Source of the DNA: Chlorokybus atmophyticus
Taxonomy: Eukaryota; Plantae; Mesostigma and Chlorokybus algae
Reading direction: 5' to 3'
DNA: 64,000 nucleotides
Assembly: GCA_009103225.1 (NCBI GenBank)
Contig: RHPI01000193.1
Location: 287,612 to 351,611, forward strand
The stretch's first letter is position 1, and every line of letters begins with the position of its first letter. Shown here piece after piece: positions 38,051 through 51,099 of this stretch. Below the pieces are notes generated by a model, which saw only the letters and a program-made list of their open reading frames with translations, ran no database searches and was not told the origin of the DNA. A program made the position numbers and the translations under genes.

Positions 38051-41000
38051 CCAAGTATGTCTTATAGGGTGACTCGTTGCCGGTGTGATTGTTGTTCTAA
38101 TCGTCGGTGGCGGCAGCGAGGGTAGCGTCACAAAGTGGTAGTGTTGGCGCTCTTTGCAGCGGCTGCTATCATTGTTGGTGGCAAAAGAGGAGGAGGAAAG
38201 GAAGGAGAATGAAAAGGAGAAGGGGAAGAGATTATGGGAGCAGGCCGAGCAGCAGGCGGCGCCTGAATCTGCCAGCAGGATGCATGCAACAGCACGGGCG
38301 TACTGCACTTTGGGCAGCGGCAGCCCCTCTCCTCCGCTAAAATTGCTCGATCAGGCTTGCGTTTTGCAAAGGATATAAGGACGGGTGGTGGCCCACCACT
38401 GACCCCGAATGGGGCGTGTCACCTGTGCACTTATCTAAATAATTTCATCACACAACCATGATAGCCTGACAATGACCCATTGTGCCCCAGGGGTCATGTC
38501 ATGGAGTGCTGGGAATGTTGCCGAACGCAAATGCTGTTGGTATGCGTTTGTGATGTTTTCATATTTACCAGTCTTGTTCACAAACATTGTCTAGCTTATG
38601 CGTGGCATGTAGTAAATAACGCATTATAATTTCTGGTATAAAGAGCTGCATCTCGACATACACATATACGCACATATGCGCACTTCTGCATGCAACAGAG
38701 AATGAGTTGTCAACAAGTATTCTTATACAATCTTTCTGCAATAAAAGCATGCACGGCGCTCATACTGATAAAATATAAATGAGACCATTTATGGTGGTTA
38801 ACTTTATGTTAAAGTTTAAAAAAGTTCAACCCAATAGTTCCAAAACTTGGTTAAGTGAAAATTTGTGTGCACGTGTATGCGCGCATGTGTATGGGTAGGT
38901 GACGTGTGCACACTGTAGATGCTGACTTGCCTATAGACACCACACAATTATGCACAAGCTCAAGGACTTTCAACACCAACTAGGAGAAAGTCTAGCCATA
39001 CAACTTGTGGTTCCAAGTACCATTAAGTATAGCGGCACAACACCAAGAGAGCAGCCCAGCAGCACCACATTAAGGGGGAAGAGGGCGCCCACCTTTAGAA
39101 CACCTTCCCATGCCAAGTACTCACACGCACACACGCTCACACAACCACCCAAGAAGGATGGTAAGAGGGGAGGGACCCTTAAATAGCTGAAAGACAGGCA
39201 CCCCACACACATGTGGCTTCAAAGTAGTGCATGCCATAATGCCCACCCATAATGGGTGTGAGCTGAGTTCACACAAGCTTTTCTAGATACGTGCTGCCCT
39301 CCCGACCTGACACCACAATATCAAAGACAAGAAAGGCCTTGTCACCATCCGCCAACCTGTCATATAACATTTGCGCACATGGGAGTCATGATATTCCACC
39401 TTGGGGGTATCACTTGCTAGGGACAAGTACCTCGAAAACATTAACATAAACACGAGGTGGAGTATCATGACTCCCATGTGTTCTTTTCAAGGCTACAGCT
39501 TAACACACGACAGATGGCGCATTTAACTGAACAGCCTGCCGCATGTGGCAGACACATAATGGTAGTCATTGCCAATCCGCAGTCTGACACATGCTAATAC
39601 AGGCTGCCTCGGGATCATCATACCAGTATTTGGCAACTAATGTTACAACATTGTGACATAAGGCTCACATCATGATGGCCATCATGAACACTGTTGTAAC
39701 ACATATCAATGCCTTCTGTAGTAGGGTGCCTTGGACTCCCGAGGAGATCTAGACTAAGAAAACCAGAATATATCCGCGATTGTACGCAACCCATCACTAA
39801 GCACTACGCAAGCGATAACCTAGCTGAAGTGCACATGCACATGCACACACAGCCACATTCTTACCATTAAGGAATGTGACAGAGAGTAACTTTTGCGAGC
39901 TCTACAGGCGTGACACTAGGTGGGTGGGTTGGGGTTGGGGGGGGGGGCCAAGGCCATGCAAGGCACTGCTGNNNNNNNNNNNNNNNNNNNNNNNNNNNNN
40001 NNNNNNNNNNNNNNNNNNNNNNNNNNNNNNNNNNNNNNNNNNNNNNNNNNNNNNNNNNNNNNNNNNNNNNNNNNNNNNNNNNNNNNNNNNNNNNNNNNNN
40101 NNNNNNNNNNNNNNNNNNNNNNNNNNNNNNNNNNNNNNNNNNNNNNNNNNNNNNNNNNNNNNNNNNNNNNNNNNNNNNNNNNNNNNNNNNNNNNNNNNNN
40201 NNNNNNNNNNNNNNNNNNNNNNNNNNNNNNNNNNNNNNNNNNNNNNNNNNNNNNNNNNNNNNNNNNNNNNNNNNNNNNNNNNNNNNNNNNNNNNNNNNNN
40301 NNNNNNNNNNNNNNNNNNNNNNNNNNNNNNNNNNNNNNNNNNNNNNNNNNNNNNNNNNNNNNNNNNNNNNNNNNNNNNNNNNNNNNNNNNNNNNNNNNNN
40401 NNNNNNNNNNNNNNNNNNNNNNNNNNNNNNNNNNNNNNNNNNNNNGATAGGGGGGTGAGTGCGTGGGTGGGTGCGTGCACACGTGTATGCCACGGCGTAC
40501 GTGCGTGCGTATGTGTGTGCGTTTGTTACAATCATAGACTCACATGTGCCCATGCTAGTGCATAATGCAAGCTTGCAAGCACTCATTGTGCATATAATGC
40601 CATGCATAACAACAGCTGTCGCTAACCGCCTAACAAGCTTGCATAAGTTTATGCCACCTTTAATATCAGTCCGCTCATGCTATATCTTACTCTGAGAAAT
40701 GCTGCATATATCAAGTCGTTATACACCGTTTTCAATGAAACATATCAAATTATGATTCAACGCTACGGATACAAACCATTTTAGCGACACGAACTATTCG
40801 TGCGGGCCTCGTTTTATGAGCTAGGCATTTCAGTGGCACTGATTGTCCCTTGCCCTTGCATACGGGTATCGATCATGCTATTGCAGTAAGTCATGTTCGG
40901 CAAATGTTATGGTATTCCTCATTGCTTGATACAAACAATATTAATCATCACTTCGCGTTCATTCACTCATTTACTCATAAAAGTGTGCAAAGTAAAACAA

Positions 41001-41640
41001 AACGACATATTCAATATTTAGCATTGGGGGGGGAGTAAGTCTCAAGCATTGGAGTATGCTTGAAGTCAATAGGACTTATATGTAAATGCAATGGGTCTTT
41101 CCAAGATGAAGAACCACTCCAAGTGGACTTTGATTTCGCCTAATTTTGAACCAACTTGCTCGAATAGGCATACAACAAGACTACCCAGCACACTCATTTC
41201 ACTTATGGCGGGGAGGGCAAGCCGATTTTGCACTTTCCTCCTACATGCAGCAGTAGTTGGGGCCGAGAAATTCGGACTTCCCCCGCGCGAAATGGTCATC
41301 TCCTTGCGGCCAAAGCGCTTACCAATTGGTGTTCCCCCCCGGGGATGCGCTCGCACTTATGAATTGCACTTTCATTCCGATCCATTTTGTCTCGCGTTGC
41401 GTTCATAAGCGGGATGTCTACCGCATCGAGCGGAACAGAAAACAATGTTTATGCAAAACACCGCAAGTCAATGCCATCAAATAGCGAGACTCGTTCAAAA
41501 AGCTTAACCAGTGTGTAGTAAGTTCAAGTAACTACTTTGTGATAGGAGTGACAAAAAAAAGGGGCTTCTGCGGCGTGTCCAGCGTATGTTATTGCAGCAA
41601 CTTCGCGTGCCAGGGCGTATCACAGCAACCATTAGGCGCA

Positions 41641-44600
41641 TCATGCACATCCAGGCCGCACCACTTCAGTAGGGCGGTTACTGCTGCTGCTGCCACATGC
41701 TTCCATCCCCTCACAACCGTTACAGTAACCTGCTGCTGCATCACGCGCATCAGGGGTACCGCAGCGGCCGCTGCGTGGCTGGACACAGCATGTGTCCTCT
41801 GATGCAGCGGAGTTGCTGTTGGGTGGAACTGTGCAGCAATTGTTGAAGCTGCGCAATGCTGCCTCTGACTCACCCTCGTGCCTGCAACAGGAGGAAAGTG
41901 CTGTTTGTTGCTTGCAGCACCCATCGGTGGAGCAACTCTTTGGTTCAATCGTGTCGCCCTTATGACAATGAGCAGCTTTGCACTTGTCACCGCAGCCTGA
42001 AGCCTGTTGAATTGAAGCAAAACCGCGCCAGCGCAATACACTGAGGCCGTTCATTGTCACGAGGACGGCCGTTCCGACGTCCACCAGCACGGCTCCCCAC
42101 AGCGTGAAGTAGCTCAGCGCTGCAAGCGTCAGCACAACCACCTGCAATACACACACTCCAAGTGAGGTGGACATGAACAAGATAGCGATATGGCTGTTGG
42201 TATGGGTAGCGCTTGGTGTTCTTGCCTTGGTTATGACGCTAATAGAGATGTTCTGGATGATGACAGTGCGGACAACGCGGCTGAGACGCACAAGTGCCGG
42301 TAGCACACGCAAGTCGTTGGTGAATATTGCCACGTGCGCTGCTTCCAATGCCACCGCTGCACCTGCATTGTCCATGCAAACCCAACAGCTTGAGCAGCTT
42401 TTGCATTTGCACACTCACACACAAGCCAGTCTACTGCCAATAGTGGCAATGAATTTGCAAATTGGTGTCGCGTACTGAAAGCATATGAGAGACCACCATC
42501 ACACCTCAATCCAAGCAATTTGAAACCTAACAACGCACTTCGCGCCACAACTCCCACATTCATCAATGCACAAAGAACACGAGTTACATCAACAGGGAGT
42601 GCTAAACATACCGCCGACACCCATGGCAATGCCAACATCAGCGCCGGCCAGCGCAGGCGCATCGTTCACGCCATCACCCACATGCACCACTTGTTTGTAC
42701 ACCAACTGATAGTGCTTCACCTGCAGGAAGCCCCAATTGAGTACAGGGTCACTCAAAGAAGCAGTCAATCTTCCAAACACACCTTTTGCAGTTTTTCTTC
42801 TGGCAACATTTGCGCATGGACCCGGTCCTCCTCGATGCCGGCAACCGTTGCAACAGCCTGAGCGCTGAGCGCGCTATCGCCGGTGAGGATGGCGCAGGAG
42901 AAGCCGAGCACGTGCAAAGAGCGGATGGCCTCGGAGGCTTCCGGCCGCGCCGCATCGCACACCACCACAGCACCCAGGAGTTCTCCTCCAACGGACGCCC
43001 AGCAGAGGGATGCGCCTGAAGCAGACGAGCTGGAACGGTGTTTTCTCCTGACATAAAAACAACAGAAAGAAAACTGACCAAGTTGTCCCCAACGTTCTTC
43101 AATTGGGTTGATCGTCCCCTCGTCACAGCACACGCCCTCGCTGTGCAGCATTGCGCGGTTGCCCACGACGGTAAGTTTTCCGTCGATGTACGCTTTGAGC
43201 CCTTTGCCTATGACGCACAGATCCGTGGCTTGCTTCAATGCAAATTGGTGCTACGGCATACAATGCCACAAGAATGCGTGTACCTGCAACGGACACAAAC
43301 TCGTCCACGCGCATGCTTGATTCGATCCCTTCCGCGGCAGCTTTGCCTACAAGCGCTGCAGCCAGAGGGTGAGCAGACTTCTGTTCCAGCGAAGTGGCAA
43401 AGTACAGCAGCTTTGCGCGTGTGGCGGGCTCCAGCACCTCAACATGCAACACCTAAAAAGCCACACGTGGTTCATGTGCTGCTCTTAACCAATACATGTG
43501 CAGCGTTCACTCTGACCTGGAAGCGGCCCTCAGAGAGAGTGCCCGTTTTGTCAAAAGTGACCAGCTTTGCTCCGGCAAGCGCCTCGAGATGTTGGCCACC
43601 CTTGATGAGAACGCCATGACGGGCGGCCTTGGCAATGCCAGCCACGATGGTCACTGGTGTGGAGATCACGAGGGCACACGGGCATGCTGTTACAAGCACT
43701 TGAAGGGAGAGATACACCCAATCCTGGAAAGGCAGGGCAAGTGGCTCAACTCAGTAGGTGCTCACTGAACACAGAATGACCCAAGCACACACGCCTTGTA
43801 ATCACCTTACCTTCAACTTATCCACACCAATCGCCGCCGGTATAACGACTAACAACACGCAAGCCATCACCACAGTAGGCGTGTAGTATGTTGCAAAGGT
43901 GGTTACCAAGCGCTCGGTGGTCGACTTCTGCGCTGCTGCCTGCAGAACGACGTCAACAACTTGAGATGTGCACATGCACGCCGCCACCAACCTGCTCAAC
44001 GAGGCAAGCCATGCGGGCCACGAAGCTGTCATCAACCGAGGCAGTCGTCGTGACTTCAAGATACCCGGCACCTACATTCATCGTTCCTCCCAACACCTGG
44101 GCATGGCATGTGTGACGACTGGAGACGCACACCTCAAATTCAACGTGCACGTGAGATGCCAAAATCACAGAAACTTGCCTGGTCGCCAGGCTTTTTGGCA
44201 ACGGAAGCGGACTCTCCGGTGAGCACGCTTTGGTCCACCCGCGACTCGCCGGCAACCACGCAGCCATCCAGGGGCACCTTCTCGCCAGGCTTCACCAACA
44301 CAGTTGTGCCGACAGCCACAGATTCCACTGGCACCACCGACACTGGACAGAAACCATGGATTGACTCAACAATTGGTAGATGAAATGACTGCAAACACTG
44401 AATGATCCGTGTGCACTTACGCGTGTTGGCCACGACAGCAGTCTCCGGCTTGAGGGCGAGCATTGCCGAGATGCAGTCGGAGGCGCGGCGGTTGCAACGG
44501 TCTTCCAACATCTTTGCGTATGCAAACAGGACGACCACGGCAGCCGCCTCTACGTAGTCGGCGATGGCAATGGCCCCAATCACCGCAATTGTCATAAGCA

Positions 44601-46146
44601 TGTTAATGTCCAGCATCTGTGCATAGAAGAGTGTGTGTGAGTCGCTTGCCAACATGCCTGAGGACTGTGCGTGTGTGTGTGTGCGTGCGTGGGTGCAATC
44701 GTACCCGGTAGCGCAATGCTTGCAGCGCGCGAAGGGCGACACCAGGCCCTGCGAGAGCAACAGCTCCGAGAGCAATATACTGGAAATTCTCCAGCCAACG
44801 TGCGTTGGTGGGGCCGGACAGATAGTGCAGAAGAGCCAGGCCAAGCAGAACTGTTGCCAGGATTGCTACACACACACATGTACCCTGAATTGCCTGCTGT
44901 ACTTCATGTGATTGTTGTGTGCTCATGTTGAATACGGTGAGTACCGCGTTTGGTTGGGAGCCAGCTGTGGCGAGACTGTGCGAATGCACGCGGTGGCTGC
45001 ATGGTAGCATCCAACTCTGCGGCATTCAGCGCGGCTACCAGCTTGTCCACGCCAATGATCTGCGGGCTGTGCCGCACGAGCACCATCCTCGTTGCAACAG
45101 CCACTTCTACCTGCAACGATGCCATTCAATGAAGGCACGCACATTGAAGCAAAGGACTCAACACATGCATCCCACCTTATCCACCCCAGGGAGTCCCTCC
45201 AAAATGTTGTTGATAAGGCGCGCTTCTGACGCGCAGCAGATATTGTTGGCGTAGATTCTGCTCGTTACTGTCAATTGAACGGGAATGCCTTCATCATCCG
45301 CCTCCGTGATCTCTGGTATTGTGGATGACAACAGGGGACTTCTCTGCTTGTGACTGTGCTGTGCGCTCGCGCGAATGCTGTTGACACAAACACGACAATG
45401 CATCCTTAATACCAGTTGCACTGCATGCGGGCTAGGTCAATGTGGACGAGCCTACCGTTGTCTGATGACATTCACACGCCCGTGCAAGACCACCGCGATC
45501 TCCGCTCCCGCCTCGGTCATGCACCGGCTCTTGCAGCACACGCCGGGTGCTGGCAGGACATGGTGCAGCTCATCTCCCACCTGCCAAGCATGACACAACA
45601 GCATGTTGCAACCTGGTTGCAACAAGTTCACAGTTGCTGCAGTTGATGATGATGATGGCTGCCTGAAGTCAGAGTCAATGTTGTGCATGCCCATGTCAAA
45701 CTCAACTATGCCGAGGCCAACCCTTTTGCAGCTTACTGAGTGAATGATGGACATTGAAAGCAATTGGTTACGACAGCCTTACAAGGTAATCTTCGTGATC
45801 GTTGTGCGGGATGCGCTCGTGGCCGCAGTCTGAGCCGTGTGTGTGGCCTTCCAGCAACACGGTCACGGGCTGGCAGGGCTCTGAGGTGCGCAGTCGGTGT
45901 GTCGCGTGCGTGCCGTCCTCCGCCGTGCAAAACAACTGAACACACGCGCAAGGTATTAGCCAAAGTCAACAGTGAGTAGACAAGCAATTTGTCTCACACT
46001 CTTGCAGCACACACCTTGCCGTTGACGACGCTGCCAATGTGACCGTCGTGCTGCAGCAGAGTGTGCGTGCAGCTGGAGGTCCCACAGCAAGGCTCGGGTT
46101 CGGCACCGTCGTGCACGACAACGTCGACAAGCGCGCTGAAGCTCAT
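41641..46146 (-). CDS. P1B-2 type Zn/Cd heavy-metal-transporting ATPase (HMA2/HMA4-like), about 15 exons
   Basis: HMA domain [10 protein letters not shown]; LTGES; [11 protein letters not shown] (CPC); DKTGT phosphorylation site; SAHPLA (HP); LTGD; [16 protein letters not shown]; IIQNI; LVDVG; Cys-pair-rich C-terminal tail. GT-AG introns lie between these blocks. The start codon at 46146 is provisional. Confidence 0.93.
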
Positions 46147-48344
46147 GCTAATCGCTCGTCGATTGCTACCAATGCTCAGCCTCCTGTGGCCTGCAAACAT
46201 GAGGCTGAATAAACGCTCTCTCATGCTTGATGAGGTTACAAACAAGCCTCGCGTGCATGCTGACATAAGGTTCATGAGGCACACTACAGTGCAGCACATC
46301 AACTACGCCAGCTGGCGAGGAGTGTTGATAGCAACAGGCAAACGTACGATAACAGCTCGCACAAGTTTGACAATGTGCACTTGCCAAACGCAGTTGTCAA
46401 CATGTCGCCAACTGCAGACAGCCACTGCATGCCGGCATTGAATCTTCAATGACATAACTCACCTGCTTACTGACCAAGCAACCGGCAGCAGCCGCACCAG
46501 CCTGCCTTATCGCCTCCGCCTACGCCTCCGCACTATCTCCTCAGAGCGCACCCCGCCCCGCAGCTGCGGCGGTTGCTGTGCAAGGCTGCAATGCTGGTGT
46601 ACACTGCACCAACCCACATACCCGCCACACAGCAATGCGCTGTTGTTGTTGTAATCGCCCAGTCGCCATGGCCGCCTGTGAAGCCGTAAATTTAGCGAAT
46701 GAGGCAAACATTGGCGAATGTTGATGTTATTGAGATTCAACAAGTACAATATGTTGTAAATTGTCTATACTGTCTTGCCTAGTGTCTATAGTGCATGTAC
46801 AACATGCACTGTAGTGAAGTTGATGGGCTCTTAGCAATGTAACCAGGAAAGTGAGAAGGCTTGCGGCCGCCGTCACGCCGTTACTAAGTCACGCCGTCGG
46901 ATCGCGTGACGCGACCCTTGGGTAGGGCACGTTGCCGTCCGCCATAGCCAGTCATCCATGAGCATCTTCAGGCTAAAACAGTTTACGATGCCTGTTGACG
47001 CGGTCTGTGAGTGCGGAACTTATGCCACCGTTCGAATCCGTGGCCCCACTAGCTGACATCTTCGTACACGCCGAAATACATCACGAACGGTGATGATATT
47101 AATGACGCTTTCTGCAGAGGTGACGCACCCCTCAGTCACCAAGTCTCGGTTCACCGAGTTAGGTTATGCTTTAACCTACATAAGCATGGACTTTTACCCA
47201 TGATTTCTCCTTTCATCGTCACTACATGTACGTCAATACGCATACTGCATATTGACGTACATGATCATGCACGTCAATATGCATTGACGTGCATAATCAC
47301 GTGTTATAGTTAATGTGGCTATTTTCGTGCATCTTTGTTTGATTAACTGCATAAGTAGCCTATTAAGATCAGCATAGAGGCTAGTATAAAACGCATAGTA
47401 GTTCAATGCTGCTGCGGTTCAGCCTAAGAGCAATTGCTCAAGCTGCCCCCTGCAATACATCAAGCTTTTTGGCTTGTGTTTGCTTGTATTTGTGTTGCAC
47501 GTGTGCACACGTTTCGTATGCTCAGTATGCATGTCTTCATACATGTTTTTGAGTATGTCATGCCTAGACATGACCTATACACAATTTAGATCGAATGAGG
47601 TCCGATCTAACGGCCTGTATCTGTTCCTTGCCGCTCAACCAATTGGAGGCTGGACATGCGGCATGCGCGGAGGTTTCGCGCGTTTAACGGTGCCAAACCA
47701 GACTTTGCCGGTTGCGACCTTTACTTTAATCAATTGTAATCACTTGTGCTTCATGTAACACTTGCAATGCAAGTGTTTGAGGGTATTTTCACCCTGTTTC
47801 TCTTAGCTCTTATCTTGATTACCATACTATAGAAGGTGGGTCTACAGGGTTTTCCTGTGGACTGCCCCTCACTTCCTGCAGATCGATAACAGCGCAGTTG
47901 AACAGCGGCGGCGTTGGTGGTGGCCATGAGGCGTTTTTTAAAGGCGGCGGCAGCATCCAGTCCCGGCGAGGGGCTCTGCTTGGCAGCTAGGGAGATTAAT
48001 TGGCGGCCAAGGCCAAGGCCAGTCTAGGGTTGGCCCAGGCGACCAGTCCGCATCGACTTCGCATGAGGCGCTGAGGGAGGGCCAGCCAAGGCGCAGGAGC
48101 GATTATGGCGGGGACGGCGGCAGCGGTCAGCAGGTGCGCCTATGGTTGTATGGTGTGAACTTGGTGAGCGCGCGTTTCGCTCTCACTCTATATGCTTCTA
48201 TTGTCTGTGCGTTTGATATGTGTGTGTGTGTGCGCGCGCGCGTGCTCGCTCTGTGTGTTGCCCGGTGCCTAGCATGGACAGGTTGAAGTGGCCGCATTGT
48301 TGGCCTGGTGAGTGCATGCTCTAATCTCAATCATGGACAGGTTT

Positions 48345-48672
48345 TGTAACGGAGTGCTACCGCTATGCGGTTCCCCGCCCTTATTTAATTAGAAATAAGG
48401 GTCTCAACGGGATAAACACAGCCATTAAAGTCGTATTTGGGCCTTTATAGGCCCTAATAAGGTGTCATGTTATACAACACCAATATCGATATGAAACATG
48501 AGTCTCAAGTCGATATCGGCCGCATGGCGGCGCAGCTAAGGCAGCGACCGCCATAGCAGGGGGATCTTTCGATGCCCTGGCTGCCAGCGGGGGCGGCGGC
48601 GGCGACGTGGCTGTAGTTGGTGGTGTTGGGGTAGGGGATTAAAGGGGGCGTTAGCACCTCCCCCTTCTTACA
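48345..48672 (+). repeat. 5' LTR of element 3 (328 bp)
   Basis: Direct repeat of 54895-55221. Confidence 0.95.
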
Positions 48673-48869
48673 TTTGGTATCGGAGCGAGGGCGTGGGGGC
48701 CTGGGGGGGCGGCGATGGCTTCGGCGGCGGCGGGGCGCAGAGGCGGCAGTCGGCACTGCTTAGTGCCGCTGTCAGGCCGGCGGCCTAACAGCGGCGGCAG
48801 CGGCGGCAACTAGCAGCCGCTACCTACTAGGGTGGGTAGTGGTAGTTGTTATCTGTTGTTGTTGTTGTA

Positions 48870-48985
48870 TAGTTGTATAGTTGTATAGCGCTGCTGTTGG
48901 CCTAGCCTAGCCTTGCCTTGCCTTGCCTTGCCTTGCCTTGCTTGCTTAGCCTAGCCTAGCTTGCCTGGCCTAGCCTAGCTTGTTA
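48870..48985. repeat. Short tandem repeats (GTTGTATA)3 and (GCCTT/GCCTA)n in the 5' UTR of element 3
   Basis: Direct inspection. Confidence 0.85.
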
Positions 48986-49583
48986 GTGTGAAGGGGAGGC
49001 GGCCACTCAGGCAGCCTCACCTCAAGTATTGCATCCCAGCACATCACTTGTAACTTGATTTTACAAATTACTTGTGATTGTGCTCGTGGGGCTGCTACCA
49101 CGTGGATTCATGGTGGTATAAGGGGGCGTTGTGGTTGTTTACACTTCTCCCACCCCAAGAAAGCAGTCTAACGCCAACTTAGGCTGTTTTGGCCGCCATT
49201 TAGTGCGGTAGGGCTAGATTTGTTCAAGGCGGCCGATATCAACCCTCGACTCACAACTTGTTGATATCGGCCTGCAGGGCTGATTCGATGAGAGTTTGGC
49301 ACCTTTTGTGTCATTTACAATTGTGAGTAGGGTTGTACAAAGTGAAAACTTTGAGTTGTTGTAGCTTGTGAACCGCCGTGTGGATTTGCGTGCGGTTTGT
49401 TTACAAGCGAGTGTCTTGTTAAGAGGTGTTGGGCAGTTATTTTACGTGCTGTTTAACCCAAGTATAGCACCTTCAAATTAACAAGAGAGAAACAACAAAT
49501 TTTGACACTTTCAGAGTGCACAACTCGTGTGCTTGTGCACTCGTGCACTTGCAAACTTCTTGACGGCTTGTCTCCTTGGGCAG

Positions 49584-50999
49584 ATGTCTCACCAAGGAGA
49601 GGAAGGAGGGATGTATCCCGTACCTGAGGATTCATCCTATGAGCCATGGAGTGATGAGGAAGTGAAGCACTTGGACACGAGTGGTGGTTATAGTGTCAGT
49701 GAGGAGGAAGAAGCCAAGTCCAAGAGTGGTGAAGCTGCTTCAAAGAAGTCCTCTCATGATGACCAACCTATGGACGCTCAGAGCATCATCGGAGCGGCCA
49801 TAGCGAAGTACACATCAGAGCGTGAAGCTCTTCTTGCTGCACACCCCCAGCTTCGCAAGGAAGTGTGGGATGAGTGGGCGCAGCAAGTCCGTAACGCATA
49901 TGGGACTTCGCGGCACTCCCGCGCGCAAGCAAGGATAGTGGTGGTTCGCATGATCGAGCACGAGTTGACGTGTAATGTACCGCAACTTATGCGCACAGAT
50001 CCGGCAGTGGCCACTCTTATGCCTACTTATGACAAACCAGGCCCGTATATAGGCCAGAGGATGGCGTTCGAGGCTCTCACCTTATTGACGGTGGAAACTC
50101 AGAAGCGTTGCAAGGACCTCTTTTGGTACTTAGGGTCTGAGCTGGAGGAAAGGTTAGCTCGAGAAGAGCGCTTGACTGCACGCCTCGATGCTATGCAGCC
50201 CGAGTTGGTGGCATTACGCCAGCAGGTGGCAGGGGCTACTACTATTGTAGCAGGGACATCATTTGGCCTACCCGTCACGGCGCTGAACAAGCCCAATGAG
50301 AAGTTCAAGCCCAATGGGGCTGTGAACATTCATGATTGGGTGGTGAATGTAAAGCGCTACTTGGCTGCACTTCAGCGACCAGTTAGTGAGCATACATCTG
50401 TTGCTGAGTTGCTCATGCCACCTGACGCTTTGGCCAAATGGGCGCGTCAAACGGAGGATGGTGCTTCCAAGACTGTGGAGGCATTGTTTCAGTTCTTGGT
50501 GGAGCGCTATAGTGGCATGGACCCGGATACTGCTACTTGCAACAAGCTTACCAAGCTGCGACAGAGTGGTCGGGCAGCTTCGGTGTACTTGCAGGAGTTT
50601 CAGGCACTTATTGGTCGTGTTAACAGTGGGCGCATGCCCATGGACAAGGCTGAGCAGTTTGACCTGTACAAGCGCGGCTTGGATGCGGGCTTGGGTGACT
50701 GGTTGCAGTACAACACGTCGACGGGGCAACCTTTCAAAGGTGTGTATCTGTTTAATGACGATGCTGCGGCTGTGCAGGACAAGTCACAGGTGGTGGCTTC
50801 AGTTAAGCCACATGCGGGAGGGGGGAAGCGGTTCCCTCCACCAAGTGCGCATGCGGCGAAAAAGGCCAAAACCTCATACGCACCTGCGAGTGGTGCTACG
50901 CCTATTGCAGTACGCGCCTGCTACGTGTGCCATCAGCCAGGTCACATTGCGAAGAACTGCCCAACCAAGGGAAAGGGCAAGGCCAAGAAGGTTGAATAG
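49584..50999 (+). CDS. gag: gag of element 3 (open frame) with acidic N-terminus and CCHC knuckle
   Basis: MSHQGEE..KPNEKFKPNGAVNIHDWVVNVKRY..CYVCHQPGHIAKNC..KVE*. Confidence 0.9.
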   Translation: MSHQGEEGGMYPVPEDSSYEPWSDEEVKHLDTSGGYSVSEEEEAKSKSGEAASKKSSHDDQPMDAQSIIGAAIAKYTSEREALLAAHPQLRKEVWDEWAQQVRNAYGTSRHSRAQARIVVVRMIEHELTCNVPQLMRTDPAVATLMPTYDKPGPYIGQRMAFEALTLLTVETQKRCKDLFWYLGSELEERLAREERLTARLDAMQPELVALRQQVAGATTIVAGTSFGLPVTALNKPNEKFKPNGAVNIHDWVVNVKRYLAALQRPVSEHTSVAELLMPPDALAKWARQTEDGASKTVEALFQFLVERYSGMDPDTATCNKLTKLRQSGRAASVYLQEFQALIGRVNSGRMPMDKAEQFDLYKRGLDAGLGDWLQYNTSTGQPFKGVYLFNDDAAAVQDKSQVVASVKPHAGGGKRFPPPSAHAAKKAKTSYAPASGATPIAVRACYVCHQPGHIAKNCPTKGKGKAKKVE

Positions 51000-51099
51000 G
51001 ATTACGTCGTGACTAATGTACCTTCATCTAGTGGTCAGTTGCTAGTGTTACATGCAGCAAACTGGTTTGATGAATTGTCTTGTGTACATGTAATGACAC

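Noticed and set aside
38940-39480. Similarity between 38.9-39.5 kb and 58.2-58.7 kb relics
   Set aside because: Only short scattered matches (e.g. ATGCACAAGC, CCCGACCT); no protein family recognised and it cannot be distinguished from chance by eye.
47015-47050. tRNA gene (GTTCGAATCC B-box with a CCAC/GTGG stem)
   Set aside because: No convincing D-arm, anticodon arm or acceptor-stem pairing upstream; at most a SINE-like remnant.
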